In this document: positions 10,776 through 23,308 of the stretch, one piece after another
Numbering within the stretch: position 1 is the first letter of the stretch
Layout of the letters: each line of letters begins with the position of its first letter
Assembly: GCA_030295235.1 (NCBI GenBank)
Contig: AP026162.1
Location: 1,302,001 to 1,366,000 of the forward strand
Origin: Fistulifera solaris
Taxonomy: Eukaryota
Length of the DNA: 64,000 bases
Reading direction: 5' to 3'
Made by a program: the position numbers and the translations under genes
The notes under the pieces: model-generated
Told to the model about the DNA's origin: nothing
Database searches by the model: none
The model's input: only the letters and a program-made list of their open reading frames with translations

Positions 10776-11858
10776 TTATGAACCATTGAACATTCTCCGC
10801 GTCTCAGTCCAGAAAGCGGAATCAAGAGTCCACACGGAAGTATTCGTTGCCTCTTTCATCCATTTTTGGATAAGAAGAGGGCAATCATCATCGTTGCATT
10901 CCAGCTTACTAGGGGCGAAGGGCAGGTCAGCGACAGATGGAGCTCGAGTTAAATCTCGCTCGACCCTTTCACCAATACTCGCGTGTCGAGATAAAGCGTG
11001 CTGATGTTTCCGTCGTCGATAGAGTAGTTCCTTTTGGTTTCCTAGTTTTTCCCAGCCAACCAGTTGAATTGCCAGGGCCTCGACAAACAACTCATCTTTC
11101 ATTTGACTGTCCCGAGGCCAGACGTTCTGTATTTCATTACTCCATCGCTCTCCGACCTTAATCAAAGTATGCCACTCTTTATTACTACTTGCAAGCCTCG
11201 AAAGATATCGATAAAAATCAGGTCGCCGTGAGTATATCAAAGCGTTACACTCCTTTCCGAGAAACGAATTCAGATAGTCCACAAGAGCGTCGTCGGATCC
11301 AAGACTTCCTAAAGCTAGCACGGCTGCTTGATCATCGCGAAGCTGTTTCTCTGCCAGTATAGTAGAACAGAGACGATCGGTGACGATATTTTGTGTTCGG
11401 GGAATGTGTTGAAAGAAAAACTGCACGCCTGGATAGCGAGTTTGCAAAGCTCCGGCTGCTTCCATCGCTCGTCGGTACAGCGATTCCGTTTTTCGTGGAC
11501 GGGAACCACCATTCATCTGCTGTATGACTGTTTTACAGTCTCCAAGTACATTGACACGATGAAAGGACGCTTCTGCGGACGAATGATTCTCGGGCCAGTG
11601 TTGAATCAATCCTTCTAGTCCGAGTATCAATGCTTTGTACTCAACTTCTGCCGAAGTCGTGAGAGAAGAGCACGATTGAAGGATCCGTCCTCCCAACATA
11701 TTCTTAGATGCTTCATCGAACTGAATAAATGCCGCACATGAAGCGCGACGCTGTTGTTGATGGGTAGGGAATGTTGGATCGACTGGATGACATAAGGACC
11801 CGTCAAAGTAAACCGTTGCAATGAGGGCGTCGAATAAAAGCTCGAAAAGCACCCGCAT
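10776..11858 (-). CDS. RNase HI-like domain protein
   Basis: VYFDGS, SAEVEYKALILGLE, VLGDCKTVIQQM, QHIPRTQNIVTDRL: all four acidic catalytic positions are present. Confidence 0.8.
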   Translation of the reverse strand: MRVLFELLFDALIATVYFDGSLCHPVDPTFPTHQQQRRASCAAFIQFDEASKNMLGGRILQSCSSLTTSAEVEYKALILGLEGLIQHWPENHSSAEASFHRVNVLGDCKTVIQQMNGGSRPRKTESLYRRAMEAAGALQTRYPGVQFFFQHIPRTQNIVTDRLCSTILAEKQLRDDQAAVLALGSLGSDDALVDYLNSFLGKECNALIYSRRPDFYRYLSRLASSNKEWHTLIKVGERWSNEIQNVWPRDSQMKDELFVEALAIQLVGWEKLGNQKELLYRRRKHQHALSRHASIGERVERDLTRAPSVADLPFAPSKLECNDDDCPLLIQKWMKEATNTSVWTLDSAFWTETRRMFNGS

Positions 11859-12227
11859 ACTAGAAATGCAACTGTTTGATCGCGCCTCTCATCGTATTAG
11901 AACAAATTCAATTCGCATAGACATTATGTATTTATCTTTGACAGCAACGCGCAGCTTGCGATAAAAAATTCGTTTTCGAAACATCATTTTTTCCCGGGAC
12001 TGAATAGAGTTGAGTCGGCATAGTCGACACTACATTTCGCGAGTGAGTAAATGGGGTACCGGTACGGCTTTTCCAAATAAAGACGGAAGACATCGTTTCG
12101 TAAGGCTCTTCGACGTCAAAAAATAATGAAATGACGCGTATAAAGCGAACTCGGGTTATTTTTTTTTGATGCGAAAGCAGCATTATTACACTACAGTATA
12201 ATATAACTAACACTTCTCTCAACGAAT

Positions 12228-13307
12228 ATGATCATTGGTAAACTTGCGCCTTTGTTTAAGGTCTTAATACTCCTCTTAGCTGCTGGAATGAACCATGTCA
12301 CGGGGTTCACCGCTCTCGTCACAGGCGCCAACGGATATATCGGAAGAGCCGTAGTCCACGAATTGATTCAATCGGAAGCTTTCAATGATATTGTGTGTTT
12401 AGTTCGATCACCACGTGTAACGTCCGAACAAGCGTTTTGGTCAGGCTCTTCAAAAGTACGCGTTCTCCCTTACGATATGTTGGACGGAGGCGAGTCTTTG
12501 CGACACAGTTTGCAAACTTGTCGGGAGGGCGATGATCGATGCTTGTTTCATGTGGCCTCCGTCTTCGGACCGACCGAAGACCACAAACAAACCGCACTAG
12601 ATAATGTGAAAGGCACCGAAGACGTCGTTCGGGTATTGTCAGAACAAAAGAAAAGTGCAAATTAATACTGACATCGTCCATGGCGGCAGTTAGGGGCACA
12701 GGTCAGGAGCCTTCGAACGGAAACTATTACACGCATCATGATTGGAACAACTTAAGTGAGTTAGGAAAGAACTGGGGGTCTTCGTATCAATGGAGTAAAA
12801 TGGAGTCGGAACGCCGAGCAAAGGAACTTTGTGATGAACACGATATCCCCCCTCGTTGTTTTGAATCCTTCTTTTGTGTTCGGGCCGACCAACGAGAATT
12901 GTATGAGCTCATCCTATTCTCTCGATCTCGTCGGAAAATGGGCGCGAGGAGAGTCACCTGTTCAAAGTCGTTTGTTCGTAGACGTACGTGATGTTGCAAA
13001 GGCCCACATTGAGGCAGCCGTTCGACCCGACTCGGCAGGGAAACGATTCATCGTTTCTACAGAAGCAAGGATCCCCAGTCGTGAAATTGCGGGTTGGTTA
13101 AAAGAAGTGGCAATACAGACGAGTTTGTCAAATTCAGAGAAAATACATTTTGACGGGGACTTTGACGGGGGTGCCATTCCAATAGGGTCGAAAGAAGTCG
13201 ATGCTGCAAGGAGATTGTATGAGGAGCTGGGAGTGGAGTTACGGCCAGTAAAACAAACTATTACTGAAATGGCACTTGCGTTGCTACAAGTAAAAACGAA
13301 AGTCTAA
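12228..13307 (+). CDS. NAD-dependent epimerase/dehydratase (DFR/CCR-like extended SDR); two apparent frameshifts (~12650, ~12850)
   Basis: ALVTGANGYIG, FHVAS, LTSSMAAV, YQWSK, LNPSFVFGP and FVDVRDVAKAH are spread over three overlapping ORFs that switch frame in A and C runs. Confidence 0.85.
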
Positions 13308-13321
13308 TGCTCATTCATCCT

Positions 13322-15553
13322 TCAGTCTCTTTGGCTAGCCGACAAAGAAAATGTTCGATCGACTGTAGTCACCATTAGTTCGCGCAATAAACTCGTCGCG
13401 TAGCATCCTCGAGGTAATTCAAATGACAATGTCACGACTCGGATACTTTTATCTGTATCGTTTTCTCTTATTTCAAACGCTAGGTCATCACATTTCGCCA
13501 GTACATGCCGATAGCCACCCTTTGGCAGCGATTCGCTGGGAGCAGTCTTCGAAAACGAGATGCCGTCCCCTGTCAAAATCTTTTCATATTTGAAGCGAAC
13601 AGCATTTTGCGGGAACAAAGTACTTGTCCCCACCAATGGAAGAACAACTTGATAAATGCTGAACTTGTTGGTGTCTTTTTCATCAACCACTTTTATATGA
13701 CCACCCTCATCCACCAAATCACCTTGGACGACATTCATCCCATAGACCCGAAGCCGTTCTGTTGCTGCTATATTCCAGAGGTACGACTGATAAGCACTCA
13801 CCCAGAAAGTCCGCTCGTTGTGATGCAAACACCTGAGCGCTTCAAGGGGCTTGTCGCTTCCATATCGTTTCAACCCCTGTAGTACAGTCTGTTCACGAAG
13901 AAGCTTGTTGCCTTTTGGCAAAGCCTTCCAACACTTATTTAGATCTCGTGGAATATTCTGCCATTCTTGTCTGAATCTCACTACTTCATCATTTTCAACG
14001 TCGTCTCCCCGAGTGACGCGCCTCCCTGTCATGAGCAAATCAACAGCTTTAATGAAGTCACATTGTAACATAGCTCGTCCAATATCAAAGGAGCGAACCC
14101 CAACGATAGATGCTGTTCCTGCCACTCCCACTCGCTGTTCGCCGAAAAAGTTTACGAAACCTTGATTTCGGATTCGATCGACCATCATTTGAAAATGAGT
14201 GATATCCAATGCTTTCGTTCCTTCTTGATTGTTTGCAACAGTAACACGACGCAGATCTCGTATTGTAATCTGAAAATGGTTTCCGTAAAGATCGCCTTTG
14301 GAAAGCCTCCATGGGACTTCTTTAGAAGGTCCAATGTCAATGCCATTCTTCGAAAGCGACTCTGCGGCCTGTTTCAGTTGATTTGAAGACACATTGCTAA
14401 CTGTACAAAATTGGTACGTAACAGCATGCATATCCTTGATACCTGCTAAGCCAATGTCTGCTTGTCTGCATCGTAACGCCCTAACTAGCGTCTGGATGGT
14501 GGCCAAGTGCTCTTTACCGCGCTTCCGTACAACGAAAAGAAGGTTACTCTCAGGCGAATTGCGTTGGACCCTCTTTCGCTTTCGTGCCGTTTGTCGGGAC
14601 CACTGTACGACAACGACAACGACGGTGATTGGTTCCTTGGTATCATCCACATGCATCTTATAATCCGGAATAGTAAATGTCTGAAACATACCATGACTGC
14701 CTTTTTGAATGGCTTCGTGGACAATGCGCCGATCCTCTCGAGGTAAATCTTTTCGTAAACGAAGAAGCACACGCTCCTCTCCGCCATCTTTGATACTGGC
14801 TTCATATCCGCGGTTAAAATAGCGGTAGAGCTTAATTAAATCTTCTTGTGGATTGTCGAGAAATGATCGCAATGCGAGGAACCTTGTGGAGATAGAGACT
14901 GATAACCGGCGGGAATTGTCTGGTCCAGCTGGTTTTGTATCCGATTGAAGGAGCGGGTAGTCACGTCGAATGGCTTTGTGAAAAGCACCTCTCAACGAAA
15001 CCGAAGCTTCATTTACTTCCAAAAAAGTGATATCAATAACATCCCCGCAATCTTCCGATGTGCCCCTCAATAATTCAACAGCGGCATTGTGTAAATTGTC
15101 AATTTCTTGAATGGTTTCGGAGGGAGGAACTTGAAAGGCGCAATCAGATAGGATTTGGTTCAAAGAACGTTCATCGGTTGATGCTGACGAATCGTCTTTT
15201 ACGATAATGGGAGATTTGTGACACTCTTTGCCAATATGCTCCAATCCTTGACCTTTTTCAGTTGCCGAAGTGGGAATTGCCGGGGCATTGCAAGTAAAAG
15301 GATTTAAATCTGCAATACGCGGTGCATCGGGATGCTTTTTCTCGTCACAAGCAATTTCTCTTACCACAAAATCCTCTGCGGTGGTCTTAATAGATCCTAA
15401 AATTTCCCACGAATCAAAAGAAGCGTCCCCTTGTTGTTTCGAGGAAAGGTAAGAGCTCGGGAAATCGTGGGGAGGTGCTGTGACAAAAACGTCTCCCATC
15501 CCAATCGTCGAATAATGTCGGTCCAAGAGACTCGCATGGCTTTCCGTTGACAT
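13322..15553 (-). CDS. PUS7: Pseudouridine synthase, TruD/PUS7 family
   Basis: EDFVVREI, AGIKDMHAVTYQ, GNHFQITIR, GFVNFFGEQR, SAYQSYLWN, FELPRGCYATSLLREL. Confidence 0.92.
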   Translation of the reverse strand: MSTESHASLLDRHYSTIGMGDVFVTAPPHDFPSSYLSSKQQGDASFDSWEILGSIKTTAEDFVVREIACDEKKHPDAPRIADLNPFTCNAPAIPTSATEKGQGLEHIGKECHKSPIIVKDDSSASTDERSLNQILSDCAFQVPPSETIQEIDNLHNAAVELLRGTSEDCGDVIDITFLEVNEASVSLRGAFHKAIRRDYPLLQSDTKPAGPDNSRRLSVSISTRFLALRSFLDNPQEDLIKLYRYFNRGYEASIKDGGEERVLLRLRKDLPREDRRIVHEAIQKGSHGMFQTFTIPDYKMHVDDTKEPITVVVVVVQWSRQTARKRKRVQRNSPESNLLFVVRKRGKEHLATIQTLVRALRCRQADIGLAGIKDMHAVTYQFCTVSNVSSNQLKQAAESLSKNGIDIGPSKEVPWRLSKGDLYGNHFQITIRDLRRVTVANNQEGTKALDITHFQMMVDRIRNQGFVNFFGEQRVGVAGTASIVGVRSFDIGRAMLQCDFIKAVDLLMTGRRVTRGDDVENDEVVRFRQEWQNIPRDLNKCWKALPKGNKLLREQTVLQGLKRYGSDKPLEALRCLHHNERTFWVSAYQSYLWNIAATERLRVYGMNVVQGDLVDEGGHIKVVDEKDTNKFSIYQVVLPLVGTSTLFPQNAVRFKYEKILTGDGISFSKTAPSESLPKGGYRHVLAKCDDLAFEIRENDTDKSIRVVTLSFELPRGCYATSLLRELMVTTVDRTFSLSASQRD

Positions 15554-16082
15554 CTATCTCATATACTGCAGGTTAGTGAGGCTTGTGGAGTTGTCTTATT
15601 ATATATTGTTTGTTGTTTTGTTCTCCTGTTGCAACGATGTGAAAAGTTTCAACGAAAATTTTTATTTTGGTGCGGCTTCTATATGTGAGACACGGACGAG
15701 GTCAGTCACAAAACCTAGAATGATCTACTACCCTAGCCTCTCAGCCGCTCGAAAACCCCCATGACATGGGAAGCTTATTAGAGTCAAAGCAACAAAACCT
15801 TAAGAAGTGTTGTAGCAACAATGAAATGATTGCAAGTGTATAGAAGAAACAGCTGAGAGATAATAAGAAAAATTGCGACCAAGTTTTTAAGTCGACCCAG
15901 ACAAACTACAATGGTTTCAAAGCGGCTCTTTTCCCGGAAACGAAAGACTTCGCACAATTACAAAAGAATCGGAGCTTAGAAAGAGCAACGCCCGAGATAC
16001 GAGATACGAACTATCTTGCAAAATGAATTACTCCGTCGTACAACTAAATGCTGGCATAAAACGATTTGACCTAGAGACTATC

Positions 16083-16585
16083 TTATTTCTTGATATTCTT
16101 ATTCAACGGAGCAACATGGCGAGGAACCCAACGGTCTGAAGAATACGGCGACTCACCCACTTTCCAGCCCGGAACATTCTTCATAATTTCAGCCTCCTTT
16201 TTCATAATTTCCTGCTCGCGCTGCACGTAAAAACGATCTTCTTCCGCCTGAAGAAGTGAAGCCATTGCGTACCGGGCTTTACGTTCCTCTAGTTTCTCCC
16301 CATTGCGGGCTTTGTTGCACTTGCCGACGCGGTAGAATCCATATGCAATCGCGAGCGACGATGCCAGCCAAATTTGTGCTCCGGTAGGTCCGCGGGCTCG
16401 CGCTCGTTTCACAATATCAATCTGTATTATCCAGCCAACAATAAACGATATTCGAGGGATAAGTTTCTTGCAAGCCAGACAACGAAGGTAATTGCTCAAA
16501 CATTCTTCAACAAGCTTACCTCCGGAAAACCACCAGGTGGCGGCATGTCCTGGATAGGCGGCAGCGCGCTTGGTCGGTAGCTCAT
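16083..16585 (-). CDS. NDUFA13: NADH:ubiquinone oxidoreductase subunit B16.6/GRIM-19; intron 16422-16519
   Basis: Exon 1 [22 protein letters not shown] splices to [14 protein letters not shown]...LLQAEEDR...[13 protein letters not shown]. Confidence 0.92.
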
Positions 16586-17062
16586 GGTATCTTCAATTTA
16601 CCGTTTTCGCGTGTCAAGGTGCAAAGAAGTTATTTACTCCGTATTACTCCGAGTATTATTTTGTGTTGTTATATGCTGTCAAAGCACCTCATGGTTATAG
16701 TGTATTGCGCTGCTGCTGCCGCCGTCTTTTTTTGCTGCGTCGTATTCATACGCGCTACGACATCCCAGTGCCGTTTGATCAACTCAGCCAGGTCACTGTG
16801 TCTCACAGTGTTAGTTTACGAATACCCACGACTGAAATTCAATCACGATAGATAAACAATGTTTTTCGTGCGTGTGCCTCTAGTACCAGGTAGTGTCTAT
16901 ACAATCTCATGGTAATTACAAGCTAAATTCATTAACTCTTCGAAACCATTTAACCAAGACTCCTCAAATAAAGTCATTATTCATAATGAGTGCGCATTCC
17001 GAATTCGAGGTAACCTTAGTGAAAACGTATCTTTTACGAAAGCTACTCCTTGACTGCATTAC

Positions 17063-18687
17063 CTATTTTTTCAGGTCATACATGCGGATTCCATTTCGAG
17101 ACAGTGTTCCCCAGCGGTAAATAAGTAGCTCATCCTTCTTCGTATCGACCCATTTCACGGCGACGCAGTCTATTTCATCGCTCCCTGAACCCCAACTTTT
17201 CAACTCAACAACAGCCCCACGTCGTGTTTTACCGTCAGGCCCGACTTTGGAGCCATATCTCAATTCGTTCCAATGCAGTCCTGGCTGAACAAGGTCTCCA
17301 ATTGAAATTGCTTGTATTTTACCGAGTTTGCTGATGTCGACCTCTTTCAACGATGACGTTTGCTTCGTTTTCCAAAATCCCCAACATCTACCATCACACG
17401 ACGTTAACGGCTCCATACATGAGCGGCACCGTCGTGGAGCATTCGGATCCGCACAAGCTAAGCCAGAATCAAGGGCATCAATTCGCTGTGTGACCTTTTC
17501 GATTTGACGTGATAATGTTCTCCGGACGTTCTTGTAAGACGAAGGCGGCACAAATGATTCGCGAAGACGCAGCAGTTGTTCACTTTGTGAGAGAAGCTCC
17601 TCTTTGGAGACAATTTCCAAAAAAGTAAAATAACACTCTTTCCACGAGGAGTGTTTCATGCAATGGTACTCTCGAAGTTGGACCTGACAGGACGGACAAA
17701 CCAACACCAAATCGCGACATACGGTACAGACTCGGGAGCCACATAGTTCGTCAAATGCTCCTTGACAACTGACGCACTTTCCCACAATATCATGCTTTGC
17801 CGAGGGAGCGTGTGGGTTCTGACATTCGGCAGGACTCATAGCCACTCTTTGATCGAATACAAAATTCAGGCCCCGAAAAAAGTCCCTGGTCTCCGTACTC
17901 CTCCAAATACCGGTGAATACCACCTTGCAGCTGAGAAACATCCGTGACTCCTCTTTTCTTCAGCATAACAGAAGCCTTTTCGCATCGTATGCCTCCTGTG
18001 CAATACATGAGAACTTTTTTGCCTTTAAGCTCGTCCGCTTTCTTGTCACAAAAGGACGACTCAAACGAGCTAAACGTGACCATTTCAGGATTCATGGCCG
18101 GATTCTGGGAAGCAGGGTGAACGAAGTGACCTATTTCGTATTCGAAAGTGTTGCGGACATCAATCAACACCGCATCTGGATTCTCCGTGATAGCTCGGTG
18201 AAACTCGGAAGGAGGCAAATGTGTGCCTCCATTTTCACGAATATCTTCGACTGAAATTGTGCCACCGGTACTGATGATTTCTTTGACGATACTTATTTTC
18301 AAATCAGGAAAAGGTTCTAGGACTCCTTGGTGATTGTTGCTTGTCTTCCAGTCAATGTTCTGGAAAATGCGGTAACTTGTTTTGTTGTGTGAAGCAATGT
18401 CCTTATCAGGGCAGTCCTCTGGCACTCCAAATTCTTGCACAAGGTCAAACTCCTCCATCGCATCCATGTAGGATTGTAAAACATTAAGACTTTCCGCCGA
18501 TACTGTTCCATTGATACCTTCGGCGGCCAGGGAGGACACGTCCCTTCAACGCGAGCCGATCGCACAAATCCTTTTGAAACTGATGCAATTTCGTTTCGTA
18601 GTATCTGGCATGTTCGTGCAGCAGCGGATAGTCGGAGGGTAGAAAATACTTGTAAAAGAGGACGACAGAAGAATGACGAGGCGCCAT
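17063..18687 (-). CDS. UPF0176/TrhO (TSTD2-like) rhodanese-domain protein; apparent frameshifts at ~18530 and ~17878
   Basis: VVLFYKY, LKGRVL.AAEGINGT, LIDVRNTFEYEIGHF, MYCTGGIRCEKAS, QLQGGIHRYLE, FRGLNFVFDQR, and a Cys-rich C-terminal part. Confidence 0.85.
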
Positions 18688-19038
18688 GGTTGGAATGCTT
18701 CTTATTACTCAGTATGGTTGTGTGATCGTTTTGATTTCTTTTTCTTGGCGTGTTGTTTTGTGGTCTGAAAAAATCTTGGACGACATGCAATACCGGTACG
18801 ATAGGTGTGCTACGTCATCTCAGGCTTTACACGTCACGAAAATGTCCGGGTCGTTCGAAAGGCACCGCAACGAATTTTTCATTCGCCCACGAGCCAAAAA
18901 TGCAGCCGCTGCTGCCGAATAATTTCTCCTCCTTTTGCACAACGGAGTGCGGAAGAGAGAATTACTTCTGTAACTTATCCTGTCGTCTATTACTGCTTGT
19001 TGTTTCCTTTTTAATAAGCAAGATAGTACGGCGTGAAG

Positions 19039-21744
19039 ATGGCTCGATGGTTTCGTTCCGAACCAATGGAGTACATCTCCTTAATTGTGAACGAAGACGC
19101 GGCTCATGACTGTCTCGCCGATCTCGGTCGCATGGGTGTCATTCAATTCACAGACGTACGTAGTAGCTAATGTTTATCTTATTTCATTACAATCTTTCTT
19201 TCAACGATTTCTAATACTGTTTTTTCTGCAGTTGAATCCCGACTTGACCCCCTTTCAGCGCCGTTACGTTTCGTACGTGAAACGTTGTGATGAACTCGAA
19301 CGAAAGTTGCGCTTCTTCGTGAGCGAGACGGACAAGTTTGAACTCGAGCTCGTTTCACCCGGTACGGTTGAAGAGTTTGTTGGGACCGCAATGCACACTA
19401 CAGGTAACGGTTCCAAAAAGACAAGTGCACAACTTCTTGAGGGATTAGAGAATGAAATTGGAAAGTACGAAACTCAACTCAGAGAACTCAATAGTTATTC
19501 GGAAAAGCTCACTACAGAATACAACGAAAAGTGGAGTTACAAGAGGTGTTGGAGAAGGCGCGTTACTTCTTCATGGTCGATTCTCATCGGTTTGCCAACT
19601 CGAGTGCAATGGGCGGACACTCGCATACGAGCAGCTTGTTGGAGGGTGATACACGCACCGACTTGGATATGCGTTTCTCTTCCATTACCGGCGTTGTTTC
19701 GGCAGAAGAAAAGGCTCGCTTTGAGCGCATGATCTTCCGCGCGACCCGCGGTAATTGCTACGTTCGTTTCGCTAACATTGATCAGCCCATTGCCGACCCT
19801 GAGACAGGATTTTTGGTTGAAAAAGTTGTGTTTATTATCTTCTACAAAAGTGAAAGCATTGAAACGAAATTGAAGAAAATATGTGACGCCTTTTCCGCTC
19901 ATCGCTATTCGCTTCCGGATATGGATGATAGCGTGGCTTTGGATAACATGATGACCGAGAATGCGCAAGAGCTGGCGGACTCGCGCACTGTCTTGCTCAA
20001 GAACCAGGACATGCGCTATCGTCTCTGCCAGATGTTGGCTAGACACACGGAACGCTGGACTTGGATCGTTCTCCGCGAAAAAGCTGTTTACCACTCGCTC
20101 AACATGTTTAAGTCGGATGTGTCGGGTATGCTCCGAGGAGAAGGTTGGGTCATTGCCGAATCCTACGATGCTGTCCGCGAAGCTGTAGAGGTTGCGCACT
20201 CAAACATGGACATGGCCATGCCATCTTTGGTCGATCATGTTCCGCAGCCGTGGCCGACTCCCCCGACTCACTTTATTACCAACAAGTTCACGTACGCGTA
20301 CCAGGAATTTGTCAACACGTACGGTATTCCGCGTTATCGGGAAGCCAATCCTGCGTTGTTTACTGCAGCAACGTTCCCATTCTTGTTTGGCGTCATGTAC
20401 GGGGACATCGGTCACGGCTTGTTCCTGTTCTGTGCCGGTCTCACTCTATTGTGGAACGAGAAGGCCAATGAGAACGCTAAGTTGGGTGAAATGGGCGATG
20501 GGATGCACACTGGACGCTACATGATTACTATGATGGGTTTCTTCGCTGTCTATGCAGGCTTCATCTACAATGATATGTTCTCATTGGGATTGAATCTTTT
20601 CGGCTCCCGCTGGACGTTTGGTGAACTTAATGGTGGTGTCGAAGCCAGCACTGTTGCGGAAATGACTGCTCGTTACGGAACGGACGAATCTGTCTATCCC
20701 TTCGGATTAGACCCTGCGTGGCACGTGTCATCGAATGAGCTTCTTTTCTTTAACTCTTTCAAGATGAAGCTCTCCGTTATTTTCGGAATCATTCAGATGT
20801 TTGCAGGTACTCTTCTCAAAGGAGCGAACGCAATATACTTTCAGCAGCGGTTGGATTTGCTGTACGAGTTTATTCCGATGGTGGTGTTTGCTTCATCGCT
20901 CTTCCTGTACATGGTCTTTTTGATTTTCTACAAGTGGTCGACCGACTGGAATTCACGCATGCTTTCCGCTACGTGTATCGATCCCACTAGTGCAGGATGG
21001 AATTCACCGGATTATGATGGAAAATGGGTCACGTGCCAATCTGAAACAGGACTTTGTACTCCTTGGGGCTACGCTTGCACCGGGAAAGACGACACTGCAG
21101 CGCTCTGCCCCCTTAACTACGGTGGTTCAGGTGACGGGTGTCAACCTCCAAATCTCATTACCACGTTGATCAACATTGCCTTGAATCCGGGAACTGTCGA
21201 TGAACCGATGTACGCAGGTCAAGGTGTGATTCAGAACCTGCTTCTGCTTTGTGCCTTTGGCTCGGTTCCAGTATTGTTGCTGGCTAAGCCGTACTTTATG
21301 TCGCAGCAAACTCACATGCCGATTGTTCATCATTCGGAGGACTACGACCAGCATGAAGAAGAGCACGGAGAAGAGCATAATTTCGGCGAAATCATCATTC
21401 ATCAGGCAATCGAAACAATTGAATTCGTTCTTGGTATGGTGTCAAACACGGCATCGTATCTTCGTCTTTGGGCACTGTCGTTGGCCCACTCCGAACTAGC
21501 AACTGTATTTTGGGAAAAGGCAATGCTATCGACTTTGAATATGAACTGGTTCGCTGCGTTCATTGGTTACGGCATCTTCGCCGGGGTGACGTTTGGTGTT
21601 TTGCTGATGATGGACGTATTGGAATGCTTCTTGCATGCTCTCCGCTTACATTGGGTCGAATTCCAGAACAAGTTTTTCAAAGCAGATGGAATTCGCTTTG
21701 CTCCGTATTCGTTTAAGCAGATTATCAAGGATTCGACTGCATAG
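19039..21744 (+). CDS. V-type H+-ATPase subunit a (copy 1); intron 19156-19231; apparent frameshift at ~19530
   Basis: MARWFRSEPM...GVIQFTD|LNPD, FERMIFRATRGN, YREANPA, FPFLFGVMYGDIGHG, SNTASYLRLWALSLAH, LHWVEFQNKF. One missing A at 19527-19530 restores the frame. Confidence 0.95.
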
Positions 21745-22211
21745 TTCAGAACGTAAAAGAAGAGTAAAATTCAGTACAAAACGAGAATTGTAATTTGTAT
21801 GTAAGCAAAAGCCTCGCTTATTTTTAGTCTACTAATAGAGCGCTTTCGACTTTGAAGATGCTGCCTTTTCAAATCATTGCTGTTCGTCTTCGCTGTAGAT
21901 ATCGGTTTCTTGAAATTGGAGCGCTCCATTCGGTCGCGTCTGGAATTGCCACTCTAATTCTTTGGAAGAGTCGAACGACGGAAACGAGCGAGGATGAATT
22001 GAATTCGTGATCTTTTGGCTTCTCCTGATGTTGCTTTTGAGATTGCAAGATGCCGCTTTACGTCTATTCGCCTAACGTAAGATCTACTAGACCTACCTAA
22101 TGCGTAACTCGTTATGTCAGACTTTAAACAAGCGTATTAAAAAAAAGAGTTTATGCAAAAGCTTGAAGAACAATATCTCTTTTTCCGTTAACCAAAGAAG
22201 AGAAAGCGCAT

Positions 22212-23308
22212 TTACAGGACCTTCTTGGTTTCAATCTGGATTTCCCACGGGCGGGTATTAACTCGGGGATAAGGAATGCCAGCGGCGGCGTCACGGTCTC
22301 TTCGCGCTTTTCCGTGGGACCAAGCGGCGGTACCTCTCTTACGGTTCCATACCAAGCCGACGGCCGCGAGAGCATCAATCAACAATTTCGATGGGTTGAA
22401 CTGTGACGAAATACCAAATTCCGAGCAGGCATAGTCATACGGGTACTTGTGATGCCAGTTGTGCCAGCCTTCACCAATTGCAAACCAGGAAACGACGGGG
22501 TTCTCCGCAGGATAGCTGGCCGTGTCGTATGGATGGTCACCGTACAAGTGCGCCGCCGAGTTCACCAAGAATGTGCAATGCTTGACCCAGATGTAGCGCA
22601 CACAACCAGCAACCAAGAACGCTTTCCAGAGATCTTCTCCCCAGAAGTAGTTGGCTGTGTAAGAAGGGACCACGAAGCACATGAATTGGGGAAAGATCGG
22701 ATCTAGCATGTGTTGGAAGCGAACAACGGGGTCTTCGAGCAAGTCCGAAAAGTCCATGTCTTTTCCAGCTTCAACGACAGCTCTGTCTTTTTGAGAAGCA
22801 GCCATCCGATGTGAGAAAAGAAGAAGCCACGCGTGGCGTTGTGAGGATCAGCGGTAGTTTCCGAGTGTTTGTGATGGACACGGTGATCGCGCGACCAGTG
22901 ATAGATCGAGGTTTGATTTGCCATTGAGTTGACCAACATGAGCGCAACTCGTACAATGAAATGCGCTTCGTACGAGCGATGAGACCAAAGCCTGTGTACG
23001 CCGACTGTAATACCAAAGCCGCTGTAAGAAGAGAAAAGAGAAAACGAAGAAGAAGAAAAGGTCAGATCGACTTTCCTCGAGGGCAAAAGTTCATTTTCAG
23101 CGACGCTTTAGACGTACGTTATAGGCCACAGCAGGAACGCGAAAAGTAGCGTCTCAGGCTTGCACTGAGGGATTACGGTAAGTCCTTTGAGAGTCAAAGT
23201 ATGCATCAAAATAGACCAGATGGTCATTGTCCAGTTGACGTTTCCTTCTTTTAGGTGATACCAGACCACGCTGGGAATGCTGCTGATCGATTTGTACGAA
23301 AAGTCCAT
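22212..23308 (-). CDS. Delta-9 acyl-CoA fatty acid desaturase (copy A); intron 23022-23117; apparent frameshift at ~22790
   Basis: His boxes HRLWSH, HRVHH and HNWHH; DPHNATRGFFFSHIGW; VNSAAH. Confidence 0.92.

Noticed and set aside
10776..11858. Retrotransposon at the RNase H gene
   Set aside because: No RT, integrase, gag or LTRs are visible, and ordinary genes flank it closely.
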